From Eledone cirrhosa (Eukaryota), in assembly GCA_964016885.1 (NCBI GenBank), contig OZ024741.1:220720001-220784000 (forward strand): a stretch of 64,000 nucleotides of DNA, given 5' to 3'. The position numbers were made by a program, and so were the translations under genes. This document shows positions 1 to 14,359 of the stretch, piece by piece. Numbering within the stretch: position 1 is the first letter of the stretch; each line of letters starts with the position of its first letter. Below the pieces are notes generated by a model that was given only the letters and a program-made list of their open reading frames with translations, searched no databases and had not been told where the DNA came from.

Positions 1-47
1 AGACATATACCTACATACATACATACATACATACATACATACATACA

Positions 48-82
<35 letters not shown>

Positions 83-131
83 GTATATATATACAGACAC
101 ACACACACACATATATATATATTTATTAAAA

Positions 132-196
<65 letters not shown>

Positions 197-1179
197 ATAA
201 TAATAAATGTAAAGACTAAAATCCAAAGACGGCTTTATAAGGATAAATATATATAAAATATAAGAACCCTAGAGCAAATATTTATTAGAATAACAGATTA
301 AAGTTTAAGCAAAGAATCGCTGCTTTCACTCTTAACGGGATCTTCTGAAACTAAAAATATCAATCTGTGAACGCAGAATTAAATATTTCGAAAAACGTTG
401 CAACCGGAAGGAAAGCAGGAAGACGATACTTTGGTTCGTGAAGACGTTTTGTGGCAATGAACGGAAAAAAGCGAAGATAATACGTCGTATGTGGAGTGAT
501 GAGAACAAATACATGCAAAGACAAAACCACGTTTATGGTATAAATGCTGCCGTAGACTAATATTCTATTTAAGAAACCGAATGATTCTCGGCTTCAGAAT
601 TAAGAATAATGTAAATAAATTAGTAGAACGCAAATGACAGAGGTTATTAAAAACAATAATAATTAAATATAAACATACACGCATCTATACATAAACCCAC
701 GTGACACATGTACCCACACACATATGAACGTATACACCAAATGCACATAAAAGAAATATATATGTGTGTGTGTATACATATAATTAAATAAACGTATATA
801 AATATACACACATAAATACGTATATAGCGCACGCACACACATACCTACAGGTAAATACACATATGTTCACCAAACGTACGCCAAAGAAAAAACACAATGT
901 ACACATATACACACCTTACATACGTGCAAACACGCATACACGCATGCACACGCAAACACAAAAAAACATATACACATAACCATATACACATATATAAGTA
1001 TATATAATGTAATATATACACCTATAACAAATACAAGCATATATACGTACGAGAAAGTATACGTACCTTCACAAAACATACGGGTAAGATATACTTACCT
1101 ATACTAATAAGAAATAGTATAAACATAAAATATACTTAGCTACCACATCAAGACGTAAATTATCCGCGTATTGTTCCTA

Positions 1180-3319
1180 CTATTCTTTAGAGTATAATGT
1201 GGGGCTGTAATACAGGAGAGTTTTATGCAATTTGTGTTTAAAAGCCGAAATTGCCTCAGAATTTTTTTTTAAGATGTAGTCATTGGCGTCGAGTATTTCC
1301 AGGGCTTCAGCGGCGCAAAGATCGCATGGTCTTTTATTTCCGTTATACGATCTAGCCTTAGCTAGGATCTCCCAGTGTAACCTATATTGGGTGAGGTTGT
1401 CTTTTAGACTCCAGATATAAGCTGAAAGTAACGGCATATTCCTTCTTAAAGGGTTAAGAAAAGAATGGGTGTGCATGTAAAGACGCTGCTTGAATCTATT
1501 GACGGTTAACCCTATGTAGGCCCTATGTAGGAGGTGTTTCGACCTTACATTTGTAGACAATGTTACTGGAGAGGCATTTCCCAAATAGAGGGCAGTCAAT
1601 CCGATTCCTACAATTAGAGTTAGTACTAGCTACAGGGTTGCACATGTTTCTACAGCTAGGTAATTTAGCTAAATTTGAAGCAGTGATGTTATGTGCAAGG
1701 CTAGGAGTCGTAGAGTAAGATATTTTAATGGTATTTCTATTAAAAATGTTATCATAGTTATGTGCTGAAGGGAAATGCTTCCTAATAAGAGAGAGAAAGA
1801 TCTTAGCTAATGGTGTGGCCACCTCCATATTATATGGTGGGTTAAACTATATAATGCGGCGGGATGTATGTTTCTATGCTCATACTCGGTATATGCTACC
1901 TTATCGACAAATCCACTCCGAGCAAGAGGTTCATTGTAGTATGTGGAATGGTCGGTGAAAATATGGTCGTTTGTAGATAGAATGGAAAACCTCAAAGAAA
2001 TTTTTCTTACCAGGTTCTTCGTTATGCTGGCAGGATGGTTAGAATGCTTACTTATATAATTAAGCGTACCATTCGGCTTTCTATACGGGTAGTGCAAGCC
2101 ATTCGACAAATTGAGGGTAACGTCGAGGTACCTAACGACCGAGAGGTTGGCTTCAACCTGTATGGAGAGGTAGAAGCCTTTAAAGAAGGGTGTGAGTTCT
2201 TTTCTGAACCTGTCGCATGCGCGTGGACCGCACTTTGTCATGGTCAAAAGACCGTCATCGCGGTACAAACCACCGCCCACATTGAGGAATTCTTACTTGA
2301 TAGAGAAAAGAAGGAAAGGGCCGATAAGATCTGTAACCTCCGCCAAATCGCTGTCGCCCATACTCACGTCGAATGGGGTACGATTAGATTTTTTTATGCA
2401 AATAGAGTCGTCGAAATTAATCACCGACTTATGGGAATGACATCAATTTAGAAAACCTTAACCACCGTAAACGTTTTAGCGAAATTGATAGCCCTAAGAA
2501 GAAGTGGTAAAGTGATGGAGGAGTAGTAGTTATTGATGTCGAATTGCATAAAACGGCAATGTTCCTTGTTGCATATGCCATTGAGCCAATCAATCACCGC
2601 GAAAGAATTATTCCACAGTGCAAGAGGGGCCAAGCTTCAAATTTCAGGTATAATTCTATCTAAAATCCTTTTACTAAATCTACTTAAATCACACTTCGTA
2701 GGGTTAATTAGCCGAATAGAAGGGTTGTTGGCGAAATTGGGTTTATGATCCTTCAGGGAAAAGTGGGGAGAAATAGGGTCCAGAGGTTCAGTCCGGTCCT
2801 GGATGTTGAGTTCAGAAGTGATTTTATACCCAGCATCGTTGATGTCATTAATGACACTCCGATTGGTTTTCCGGAAATCCTTAGTTACAGCATTAAGTAG
2901 CAGTTGATGGTAAGTACTGCACTCCACTTGATATAGATTGCCAGCTTTGACGGAGTGGACGTGCATGGCATTAGGACTCTTAATAGAGCGAATTCTATTC
3001 TTCAGGTCTTGCTGGAAGGAATTGCTCTTATTCCGAAATTTGATACTCCGTATGAGTTCAAGACATCGTTTTAGAAGGGTAGCAATGCTGTGTTACTGTG
3101 AGGGTTATAAGTTTTAAACCCAAACTGTTTATTGTCCGCTTTTTACAGATTATCGAAATAAAAGGCACGCCAACGCAACCTTTTAAGAAACGAATCCGTT
3201 TTCTGTATCAGAAGTTTTAGGTATGTCTTCCGACTTGGTACGGGTATGTTATATTCAGGTATTGTTTCTGCATGATAAATATAAGTCAATAGGGTGTTCA
3301 ACCAAGGGAACCAAATAGT

Positions 3320-3320
<1 letters not shown>
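1180..3320 (-). mobile_element. Decayed Penelope-like retroelement, Naiad-type (RT + C-terminal GIY-YIG), with stops and frameshifts
   Basis: Minus-strand fragments in order: NIPVPSRKTYLKLLIQKTDSFLKRLRWRAFYF (~3250-3155); LKDHKPNFANNPSIRLINPTK; FMQFDINNYYSSI; FDVSMGDSDLAEV...GLYRDDGL; YLDVTLNL...SNHP; NCRNRIDCPLFGKCLSSNIVYKC then YIGLTVNRFKQRLYMH and CDLC. Confidence 0.93.
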
Positions 3321-3321
<1 letters not shown>

Positions 3322-3404
<83 letters not shown>

Positions 3405-3425
3405 CATATATATACATATACTTAT

Positions 3426-3461
<36 letters not shown>

Positions 3462-3474
3462 AAGTATATGTATA

Positions 3475-3560
<86 letters not shown>

Positions 3561-3691
3561 TATATGTATATATATATGTATATATATGTATATATATACA
3601 TATATATACTTATTGGCAACATGACCCTCCCAAAGTATAACAATGTATATATATATGTATATATATGTACATATATGTATATATATATATG

Positions 3692-3722
<31 letters not shown>

Positions 3723-3823
3723 GTATATATATATATGTATATACATGTATGTATATATATATGTATACATATATATATGTATATATATATATATGTATAT
3801 ATATATATGTATATATATATATG

Positions 3824-3854
<31 letters not shown>

Positions 3855-3907
3855 GTATATATATGTATGTATATATATAAATGTGTATGTATATATATAT
3901 ATGTATG

Positions 3908-3939
<32 letters not shown>

Positions 3940-3943
3940 AATG

Positions 3944-3974
<31 letters not shown>

Positions 3975-4008
3975 GTATATATATATATGTATATATATAT
4001 GTATATAA
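3322..4008. repeat. (TA)n/(TATG) compound microsatellite with an embedded ~35-bp PLE terminal fragment
   Basis: TA array interrupted at ~3610-3645 by ttattggcaacatgaccctcccaaagtataacaat. Confidence 0.9.
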
Positions 4009-4539
4009 GAGCTCAGGATCTCTCCTCCTTTGAGCACACTACTTACAGGGAATAGCGAGGGCCTATGACTCCGTTAATTTATCGTGATATTTCGCTCCTA
4101 ATAACAGTCTTTCCTACCTCTGTTTGGTTGAGCACACTTCTCTGAGTGGCTTTGGGCTGCCCTTTCTAGCAGTTCGTCCCTCAGAGGCCACTGGTTCACT
4201 GCCCTTAAACACGCTGTGACTTCTCTCTCCCACGTGTAGCTGGACAGTCAATTTTAAAATTCTCTTAGTGTTGTCTGAAATGTATAGCCTTACACACGCT
4301 TATGACCCGAGACTAGACCATTTCTTTCAACAAATTTTTGGTGAAACATATCTTTGGATTTGTACGTGTGTTATATAGTTATAAACGTATTTATTTACGC
4401 TTTAATTTATATTTTTAATTATCGTGTCTATAGTCTGCCTTTCATAGGTTATAGATTCCATACACTGGTGGTTTTTTCCCTGTATTATTGATAACGCACT
4501 ATATATCTCTCTCTGGTGTGTTACCTTTTCAACATATTG

Positions 4540-4612
<73 letters not shown>

Positions 4613-4743
4613 AGAGATTGATTAACATATAAATATACATGAATAATCACAGGAGATAATTTTTGCGCATGCATTATGTCATGACACCCATGATTTCGAT
4701 TTAGATTAAATTCATTTAATTCATTTATTTTAATTTTGGACTT

Positions 4744-4744
<1 letters not shown>

Positions 4745-4799
<55 letters not shown>

Positions 4800-4846
4800 G
4801 TATATATGTATAATACATATGTATATGTATATACATATGTATATAT

Positions 4847-4877
<31 letters not shown>

Positions 4878-4895
4878 ATATATATGTATATGTGT

Positions 4896-4936
<41 letters not shown>

Positions 4937-5023
4937 AAAATATGTATATATATATGTATATATATATGTATATACTTATTGGCAACATGACCCTCCCAAA
5001 GTATAACAATGTCTATATATATG

Positions 5024-5074
<51 letters not shown>

Positions 5075-5125
5075 GTGTATATATATATATGTATATATAT
5101 GTATGTATATATATAAATGTGTATG

Positions 5126-5184
<59 letters not shown>

Positions 5185-5317
5185 GTATATGTATATATAT
5201 ATATGTATATATATATATATGTATATATATATATGTATATACATATGTATATATATATGTATATATATATATATATATATACATATATATGTATAATACA
5301 TATGTATATGTATATAC

Positions 5318-5369
<52 letters not shown>

Positions 5370-5374
5370 AATAC

Positions 5375-5420
<46 letters not shown>

Positions 5421-5480
5421 ATTTATATATATATATATTTATATATGTATGTATATATATATATATATATATGTGTATAA
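4745..5480. repeat. (TA)n compound microsatellite with the same ~35-bp insert
   Basis: Same insert at ~4977-5010 with similar flanking interruptions. Confidence 0.9.
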
Positions 5481-5842
5481 TATGTGCAGACGGAGGGTGC
5501 AGTGCAACTTACTGCTGCATTAAGTGTGGCCCTTAAAGAATGCGACCATGTCGGTTGGAAGCTCCCGGATAGTGGGGTTACTGATTTTATTATTGGTCTA
5601 TTATGCAAATTAGTGTCGTAGAGGTTTAAATCCCGTACATTTAAATTAAGCCGTTGGAATAGGGGAAAAAAATAGAAAAAAGAAAAAGAAAGAGCAAACC
5701 CAAAGAAGGAAAACAAAGGAAAGAGAAAGAGAGAACATTTTTTTTAATAATATATATTTTAATAATATATATATATGTATATATATATATATGTGTGTGT
5801 ATATATATATATATATATTTATATATATACATATATATATAT

Positions 5843-6835
5843 AAACGGAAATAATGAAACGAAATTTCATTTCCCACTCTTAGTACGGCTGTTACTTACA
5901 TATAAGTATGTACACGTACATACATATATGTATACAGACGTACAGTAGTATGTATATATATACATACATGCACATATATATATATGTACGTATGGATTCA
6001 CCGAACATTTATTATAATGCTCGGTGTGTTTGTAAACAAACATCCCGTATTAAGCCGTCGTGTCTAGCAACCATCGTTGCTCATTTGTTCAACACTGACA
6101 AAGGAACGCTGTACTAGTTTCAAGCTTATTTGCTATCGTAGCAACGTATACCTTCCTGCCAGATTGTTGAACGTATATACTAACCTTATGCATATTAACG
6201 GCTGAGTAGCCGAATTTGCATATCGAGTGGGTTAATCGGCCGGGAGCACCGAAAACGATAAACGGAAAAAATGAAACGAAATTTCACTTCCCACTCTTAG
6301 TACGGCTGTTACTTAAATATAAGTATGTACACGTACATACATATATGTATACAGACGTACATTACTATATATATATATATACATACATGCACACATATAT
6401 ATATGTACGTATGGATTCACCGAACATTTATTATAATGCTCGGTGTGTTTGTAAACAAACATCCCGTATTCAGCCGTAGTGTCTAGCAACCATCGTGTCT
6501 ATATGCATAAAATAAGTATATACGTTCAACAATCTGGCAGGAAGGTATACGTTGCTGACGATAGCTAATAAGCTTGAAACTAGTACAGCGTTCCTTTCTC
6601 AGTGTTGAACAAACGAGCAACGATGGTTGCTAGACACTGCGGCTTAATACGGGATGTTTGTTTACAAACACACCGAGCATTATAATAAATGTTCGGTGAA
6701 TCCATACGTACATATATATATGTGTGCATGTATGTATATATATATATATAGTAATGTATATATATATATATAGTAATATATATATATACTACTGTACGTC
6801 TGTATACATATATGTATGTACGTGTACATACTTAT
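5843..6835. mobile_element. PLE-type terminal repeat present as a partial tandem plus an inverted copy
   Basis: 5843-6075 is repeated directly at ~6260-6495; ~6513-6835 is the reverse complement of ~5900-6180; contains a hammerhead. Confidence 0.75.
6549..6591 (+). ncRNA. Minimal type I hammerhead ribozyme (intact core)
   Basis: acgttg-CTGACGA-tagctaataagctt-GAAA-ctag-TA-cagcgt: stem I acgttg/cagcgt, stem II agct/agct, palindromic stem III. Confidence 0.85.
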
Positions 6836-7067
6836 ATATATATATATATATTCTTTTAATAATTTATAGATCTAAATATTTTAACTGACATATTTTATTG
6901 GTAAATTAAACATTTAATCAAATTTAAACATTAGATAAAATTCTCCGGTTATTATTATTTATTTATTTATCCACGCTTTATTTACTCCGCGTAATTCATC
7001 CAAGATATATTTATTTTTTCGCTTCATTATCTCATAAATTACGTTAATACAACACTCTCTCACTTAG

Positions 7068-7517
7068 GGTTTTCTCTCTTTCTATTTATTTTGTTTTCCT
7101 TCTTTGGGTTTGCTCTTTCTTTTTCTTTTTCTTTTTCTTTTTCTTTTTTCCCTATTCCAACGGCTTAATTTAAATGTACGGGATTTAAACCTCTCCTACA
7201 CTAATTTGCATAATAGACCAATAATAAAATCAGTAACCCCACTATCCGGGAGCTTCTAACCGACATGGTCGCATTATTTAAGGGTATGTCAATATTTGTT
7301 TATAAAACTGATCTATATCATATTTTATGTGATGAAAGCCCACCATAATTTGCTTTGGTGTCCTTGAAATATGTATAATGAAATAAATATGGTTTTATAA
7401 ATATAGTTTCCATTTGTTAATATATTGTATTTTTACTCCAATAATTTGTTGAGTGCTTTATATCAGTTATAAAAATATTTGCTTGTTGTATCCAAACAAA
7501 TTAAATATAACTTCTAC
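7068..7517 (+). mobile_element. PLE terminal-repeat family A copy (degenerate hammerhead, GTGATGA); partial inverted copy at ~5531-5735
   Basis: Shares aagggtatgtcaatattt...gatgaaagc.caccataattt...ccttgaaatatgtataatgaaataa...aacttctac with copies at 8295, 14006 and 14720. Confidence 0.75.
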
Positions 7518-7627
<110 letters not shown>

Positions 7628-7642
7628 GTGTGTGTATGTGTG

Positions 7643-7676
<34 letters not shown>

Positions 7677-8167
7677 GATAAATCTACCAAGAGTTTACGG
7701 TAGTGTCCAATCCGTATGAAGAACTCAATGTAATCCGGATATCATGGAAAGAAGAGATGCAATGAAAAATCACTTTCGGTGAAAGATAAACGGAATACAG
7801 AGTCAAGATAAAATATAAAAAAAATAATGAATAAAACAATGAAACAGTTCCTTATATTAAACAAAAAAAGTTCATTATTTAACGATCGTTTCTGGGATAT
7901 ATATGTGTTAGAATTGGCATGTATATTTAACAGATCTATGTACAAAATTATACAAAATTATACAAACTATCAAAATTAAATATACATACCAACTCATATA
8001 TATGCCGTCTTCAGAAATAATCATTATCAACTCAGGAACCAAATAAATATATATATTTTTAAAAAAAATAAGACTTCAGTTGCATTTTCGATTTCATCCC
8101 TTTTTCTTTATACTTCCACTCGTGTAGGACACCTCGGTTATTTTTCATTTTGTAAAAAAAACCTCAC

Positions 8168-8266
<99 letters not shown>

Positions 8267-8340
8267 AATAGAAACTCCAACCGTTAAGGCTGTCTTATTT
8301 CAGGGTATGTCAATATTTATTTATAAAACTAATCTGTATT

Positions 8341-8408
8341 TTATTTTATCTGATGAAAGCGCACCATAATTTGCCTTCCTGGCCCTTGAAATATCTATAA
8401 TAAAATAA
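8341..8408 (+). ncRNA. Type I hammerhead ribozyme, family A
   Basis: ttattttat-CTGATGA-(stem II)-GAAA-tatcta-TA-ataaaataa, with a 9-bp stem I. Confidence 0.75.
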
Positions 8409-8449
8409 ATATGGTTTTATAAATATAGTTTCCATTTGTTAATATATTG

Positions 8450-8483
<34 letters not shown>

Positions 8484-8486
<3 letters not shown>

Positions 8487-8910
8487 AAACGTTTGAATAT
8501 GTGTAATAAACCCAAAACAATGCAGGTATGGACATAGAAAAAAGAATGCAATTGTAAAAGATATTGTTGACAATTCGTCCTTTACCTTAGATTTATCTAA
8601 ATGTCCCTAATTTTCGAGATAATATCTCTTCTTCAGAGGGAAATAAAGGTCTCAAACCAGCGTTCTAAATATCTTGCCAAGATATTTAGAACGCTGGTTT
8701 GAGACATTTATTTCCCTCTGAAGAAGAGATATTATCTCGAAAATTAAGGACATTTAAATAAATCTAAGGTAAAGGACGAATTGTCAACAATATCTTTTAC
8801 AATTGCATTCTTTTTTCTATGTCCATACCTGCATTGTTTTGGGTTTATTACACATATTCAAACGTTTATACCTCATTACACAATGCTTCAAGTGAACTAT
8901 AACTTCCTCC
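8484..8910. mobile_element. Fold-back insert: ~193-bp near-perfect palindrome plus 40-bp tail, hammerhead-like core on both arms
   Basis: 8484-8676 is the reverse complement of 8678-8870; CTGAAGA-agagatattatctc-GAAA at 8718-8742; bounded by TA tracts. Confidence 0.85.
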
Positions 8911-8922
8911 ATATATATATGT

Positions 8923-8963
<41 letters not shown>

Positions 8964-9050
8964 TGTGTGTACATATATATGTGTGTGTGTGTGTGTGTGT
9001 ATATATATACATATATATATGTGTATGTGTATATATATATATGTATACAT

Positions 9051-9193
<143 letters not shown>

Positions 9194-9199
9194 AATGTG

Positions 9200-9764
9200 T
9201 CTGTTAACACCTGGAATATAGCTTAAGAGAAATTTGAAGATAATGATATGATAGTCACCCAATATTTTGAACTGGTCTATAGAATTCTCTAGGCCTTTGT
9301 CACTCTAGTAGAACTTTAAAGAATTAGCTTTTTAAGAATTTCCCTTTTCTTTAAATCCACCAACCATGACCGACCCCCAACGATCTTATAGACACCTGAA
9401 ATATTGCCATTGTTAGCTTAAGAGAAACTCAAAAATAAGGAGTGGCACCCCATGCTGAACACGTTTATAGAATTATTTCTGCCTTTGTCACTCTAAATAT
9501 AAATTATAGCCTTAAAGAATTAGCTTTTAATGAATTCCCTTTTCTTTCAACCAATGCCCTCAACCCATCCCACTCCCCACCCTCTCCTACCACCTGAAAA
9601 GAGATATAAATACCACAACATTTATTTTTGGAAAGCCAGATTCCTGATGATTTCTAAAGATTGAAACAGTTCTAGTTCTGTAGAATCTATATTAAAACTT
9701 TTATACACTGCTATGTATTGGTACCTTACTTACTGTGGTTACCTCCGACTCAACCCGGAATAAC

Positions 9765-9800
<36 letters not shown>

Positions 9801-9846
9801 GTTATTCCGGGATGAGTCGGAGGTAACCACAGTAAGTAAGGTACCA
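9200..9846 (+). mobile_element. PLE terminal-repeat family B, with an inverted copy of its 3' end across a TA spacer
   Basis: Homologous to 51140-51617 and 38993-39105; 9718-9766 is inverted at 9800-9848. Confidence 0.75.
9638..9688 (+). ncRNA. Type I hammerhead ribozyme, family B (intact core)
   Basis: agattc-CTGATGA-tttctaaagatt-GAAA-cag(ttctagtt)ctg-TA-gaatct, with a perfect 6-bp stem I. Confidence 0.8.
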
Positions 9847-9897
<51 letters not shown>

Positions 9898-9939
9898 CGT
9901 ATATACGTACATATATGTATATACGTATATATATATATG

Positions 9940-12070
9940 TGTCTGAAACCAGGCACCACAACCTCAACCACTGACAAAGAAGCTGTCGAGTCACTCCTTG
10001 ACTTTATGAATGAGTTATTCTTGTCCCAACATGTCCTTGCACCAACAAGGCATCTGAAAAGCATTCTGGATCTAGTGTTTAGTAACCACACTAACACTAT
10101 ACACACTAACACTTTACAGTGGAAAAAATCCTTCTCTCAGCCCATGACATGGTTCTTTGTAACCTGAGATTCCACCAGCCGAAAGCTAATCCCAGGGTCC
10201 TCTTTCCAGCCCACCTATTTGATAATATGGATCTCTACAATGCCAACTGGGATGCAATTATGAACGAACTATTACATGTCGACTGGTCTTTTACACACGC
10301 ACGCACTTCCACCAACATCAAAACATCTTGGCAGATCTTTGTAGACACTGTCACAAATATTTGTACAAAAAACACCCCACCAAAACCTGTGAACAAAACC
10401 AAGTGCAGTATCCCCCAAAACAGAAAAACAGTTATCAGAAAAATAAAAAGAACAAACAAAAAAATTAACACACTAAAATACTGTCAACAGCAACACACAC
10501 ATTCAATGGCTATTACCCTGCTTGAGTCAAAAAAATATAACCTCCAGCAATGCATGATGACCATCATCAATAACCAGAGAATAGCTGAAGAGAGGTGGGC
10601 CATTGAGAAAATCAAACTCAACCCCAAAGTATTCTTTTCATTTGCTAAAAATCACAAGGTCACCGTCTCAGCTGTTGGCCTCCTAGTTGATGAAAATGGC
10701 ACATTCCAAGACAATGCCAAAGCCATGGGCGAGATACTGCAGAAAGAATACTGCTCTGTTTTCAGCAATCCTGATATGGCCGATCTGGGCTGTATCAGTG
10801 ATGTTAATCCCCAACACACTATATCAGACATAACGTTTGGCGTCCCTGATGTCTTAGCGGCAATAAACGAAATTAAACACAATTCAGCAGTAGGCCCCAT
10901 AAGGTTCCCTGCTTGTGTCTTGAAGGTGTGTCGACACCAACTTGCATCTCCTCTTGCTAATCTGTGGAGGAAATCACTGGACACTGGCTATATTCCTGAA
11001 AACTTTCTGTCCCAGTCCGTTGTCCCAGTCTTCAAAAAGGGAAATAAGTCCCTTGCAGTGAACTACCGTCCGATCTCACTCACCTCTCATATTATCAAGG
11101 TATTTGAGAGGGTGGTGAGATCACGAATAACCCACTTTCTTGAAAGCAACGGCCTGCTGAACTCCAACCAACATGGGTTCCGTAAAGGAAGGGACTGCCT
11201 AACGCAGCTCCTGCATCACTTTGATGATGTTTTGAGAGCATGGGAGAGGGCTCCAACACTGATGTCATCTACCTTGATTTCAGCAAGGCCTTTGACAGGC
11301 TTGATCATAAGTTCCTACTGAAAATACTATCCAATGTTGGTGTCTCTGGAAGGTTACTACAGTGGATCAAATGTTTCCTGACAGGCAGAACCCAGCATGT
11401 TGTAGTCGAAAGAGTAAAATCAAGCCATGCCAAAGTCAGCAGTGGCGTGCCACAAGGCACTGTGTTGGGCCCAAGTCTTTTCATCATCTACATTAATGAC
11501 ATTAGTGACATCATCAAGCACAGCAACATTAGAATCTTCGCAGATGATTTCAAGCTCCAAAGGGTCATCTATGAGGTGGGTAACCGGACTTGCCTTCAGT
11601 CAGTACTACTGGCTGTTATCCAATGGGCAGAAATGAATAATATGCTGTTGAATGAGGATAAGTTTGAATTAATCCACTTTGGAAAAAAGGATGCCCTGAA
11701 ACTACTCTCTTCCTTCGGGTGAAACTCTAGTGGCATCCAATAACATCAGAGACCTGGGAGTAATTGTGGACAACAACATAAGCTGGGCCACTCATATAAA
11801 CAGCAAAGTTGATATGGCCCGCAGAATGTGTTCCTGGATTCTAAGAACGTTCCAGTCGAGAGATATCCACACTGTTATCCTTCTCTTCTCCACTTTTCCC
11901 CGAACCCACCTTGAATACTGTTGTCCCCTGTGGTCACCCCAGAGGAAACAAAGTATCATGAAAGTTGAAGCACCCCAAAGGTCAATTCCAAAAAAGATAG
12001 ATGGCATGACAGGCCTTGACTATTGGAGTCGATTAGAAAAGCTCAACCTTTATTCTCTCCAACGTCGCTG
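9940..12070 (+). mobile_element. CR1-clade LINE, truncated ORF2 (end of APE domain + RT) with frameshifts
   Basis: QHVLAPTR..SILDLVFSN; VVPVFKKGNK..NYRPISLTS; QHGFRKGR; YLDFSKAFD; GVPQGTVLGP; IFADD; RDLGVIVD; LEYCCPLWSP; YWSRLEKLNLYSLQRR. Confidence 0.93.
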
Positions 12071-12223
12071 GATGGAATTAGATAAAATGTCTTTAGATAA
12101 AAATAACAGATCCATTCATGTTGACATCTCTTATATATACATATATATATAATCAAGGTTTAGCAAATGGAGAAAAAGTTTTAAAATAAATTTTAAAAAG
12201 TTTGCTGTACTCTCTATATTTAC

Positions 12224-12303
12224 CCTTACCGCGCGGTTTCAAGTCTCAAAATAAATGGATACTCCATGCGGAACACTATTGAGAAGGAGACTTTCGTCAG
12301 AGG
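12224..12303 (-). ncRNA. Type I hammerhead ribozyme with extended stem II
   Basis: Reverse complement: cct-CTGACGA-aagtctc...gagactt-GAAA-ccgcgcgg-TA-agg. Confidence 0.78.
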
Positions 12304-12792
12304 ATTCTTCTCACTCGGAGAATATAAAATTCACGAATTCAAATCACGAACTGGCGCCATACAGAACTGTTCCTGGATGAGAGTGTATAATAAGGAAACA
12401 ATCTTGTCTAGTGCCGAGTGTAAAGATAGAAGGCAAGGGCGGAAAGGTCAATGTCCTGCCACTAGAAATAGCAGCAGTTAAAACGACCAAAATGTTATCT
12501 CGACCTTAGGTGTGATTAATAATAATAAAGTATGTTTTCCTACGTGCAAAAAATGCGTATAGGGACACATGTATTATCCAACCGTATGCCAATGTAGTTC
12601 TATGGTAGGTTAATAAATTAACGAGCCAGAACATATATAATCAATATATATATATATATAGTGGAGGAACACTGGAAGGTAATATCCGTAGTGGTAGAGC
12701 ACGCGGTCAAGTATTGCCTGTGTGAAGTGACCGGGTTTCTGCGCATGCGCGTTCGTACGGTTGTCCTTCCTGTTCCTATAACCATGCCAATT

Positions 12793-12832
12793 CCGAGCTG
12801 AGGATCCGCTATGGTGAAACAATTATTCTCGG
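12793..12832 (+). ncRNA. Minimal hammerhead-like motif
   Basis: ccgag-CTGAGGA-tccgctatggt-GAAA-caatta-TT-ctcgg. Confidence 0.65.
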
Positions 12833-12862
12833 TATGGTGAACTAACTGTTGCGTAACCACTT

Positions 12863-12949
<87 letters not shown>

Positions 12950-13054
12950 CATACACATGTGTGTGTGTATATATATGTGTATATGTTATTTTTATCTAAA
13001 GACACTATTTCTAATTCCATCCCGCCCGTCCCCGCAATCTAATTTATTTCTCAT

Positions 13055-13096
13055 TCTTTCTTCTGGTAAAGGACTAGCGTCCGAAACGTTAAGACA
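13055..13096 (+). ncRNA. Degenerate hammerhead (core CTGGTAA); related copy on - strand at ~21389-21425
   Basis: tctt-CTGGTAA-aggactagcgtcc-GAAA-cgt-TA-agac. Confidence 0.5.
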
Positions 13097-13432
13097 CTCT
13101 TCCTGCCATATCAAGCGTTAATCTAATATATTCCTTCCATATACTGTACCGATTGTGTTGTTAATATCTGTTTACCTTTTACATATATATATGAAAAGAG
13201 TCAGGACCACGACGGCTGAGCTCTGGCCGTTTCGACAGCTAGATCAGGGTTTAATAAATGAAAGATTAGAGAATTGTTGGTAAATTCTCTTGTAAGAATG
13301 GGATGGTTCTGACAAAGTTAGGTACCCTCAGGTGATTCTGTCCATCCCTACTGTACTCCACATAGAACCGTCTATATTTATCATATTACAGTCATCCGTC
13401 TATTTAATGTTTTTCGTGACTTTTTGTCCACT

Positions 13433-13486
<54 letters not shown>

Positions 13487-13642
13487 TGTACTAGACACAC
13501 ACACACATTTATATATATATATTGACCCAACTTATGCAGCTTCATATGCAAATGAGATTAATCACGTCATTTACACAGATGAGAAAACTATATATTCTCG
13601 GCTGTTTTCAAGTCCAGTAGTTGCAAGCGGGGGGGGGGAAGG

Positions 13643-13686
13643 ACCGTCCTGAAGAAGGCCAGTCAAGCCTGTAATGCATAGACGGT
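13643..13686 (+). ncRNA. Hammerhead with one core substitution (GTAA for GAAA)
   Basis: accgtc-CTGAAGA-aggccagtcaagcct-GTAA-tgca-TA-gacggt. Confidence 0.7.
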
Positions 13687-13836
13687 TGTCCCCCTTGCTT
13701 CTGCTGGACACCACCAGGGGGCGTTAATCCCGGTGTTTGCATAGCAACTTCTTCTGAAAACCGTGTTTCTTTAGAAATACGAAATTTCTATACATACTTG
13801 TATAACGCTATGCTTGAAGCGAAATCCTATTTCTAT

Positions 13837-13867
<31 letters not shown>

Positions 13868-14281
13868 GTACGATATTAACAAATGGAAGCTATATTTATA
13901 AAACCATATTTATTTCATTATACATATTTCAAGGACACCAAGTTAAATTATGGTGTGCTTTCATCAGATAAAATATATTATAGAGCAGTTTTATAAATAA
14001 ATAATACTATCCGGGAGTTTCCAACAGTAATCGTCGCATTCTTTAAGGGTATGTCAATATTTATTTCTTTATAAAACTGCTCTATATTATTTTTTATCTG
14101 ATGAAAGCACACCATAATTTAACTTGGTGTCCTTAAAATATGTATAATGAAATAAACATGGTTTTATAAATATAGTTTCCATTTGTTAATATCGTATTTT
14201 TAATCTAATTATTTGTTGAGTGCTTTATATCAGTTATAAAAATATTTGCTTGTTGTATCCCAACAATTTAAATAGAACTTC

Positions 14282-14285
<4 letters not shown>
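13868..14285. mobile_element. Family A fold-back insert with an intact hammerhead on - strand (13911-13975) and a mutated one on + strand
   Basis: 13868-14003 is inverted relative to ~14060-14195; flanked by TA tracts. Confidence 0.82.

Positions 14286-14359
<74 letters not shown>

Noticed and set aside
3255-5523. Long YI/IY-rich ORFs here and throughout the window
   Set aside because: Translations of (TA)n/(TG)n/(CATA)n microsatellites, which lack stop codons.
8484-8870. Interpretation of the palindromes as DNA-transposon MITEs
   Set aside because: Arms are asymmetric with one-sided tails, junctions vary between copies of a family, they carry hammerheads and some link to PLE ORFs.
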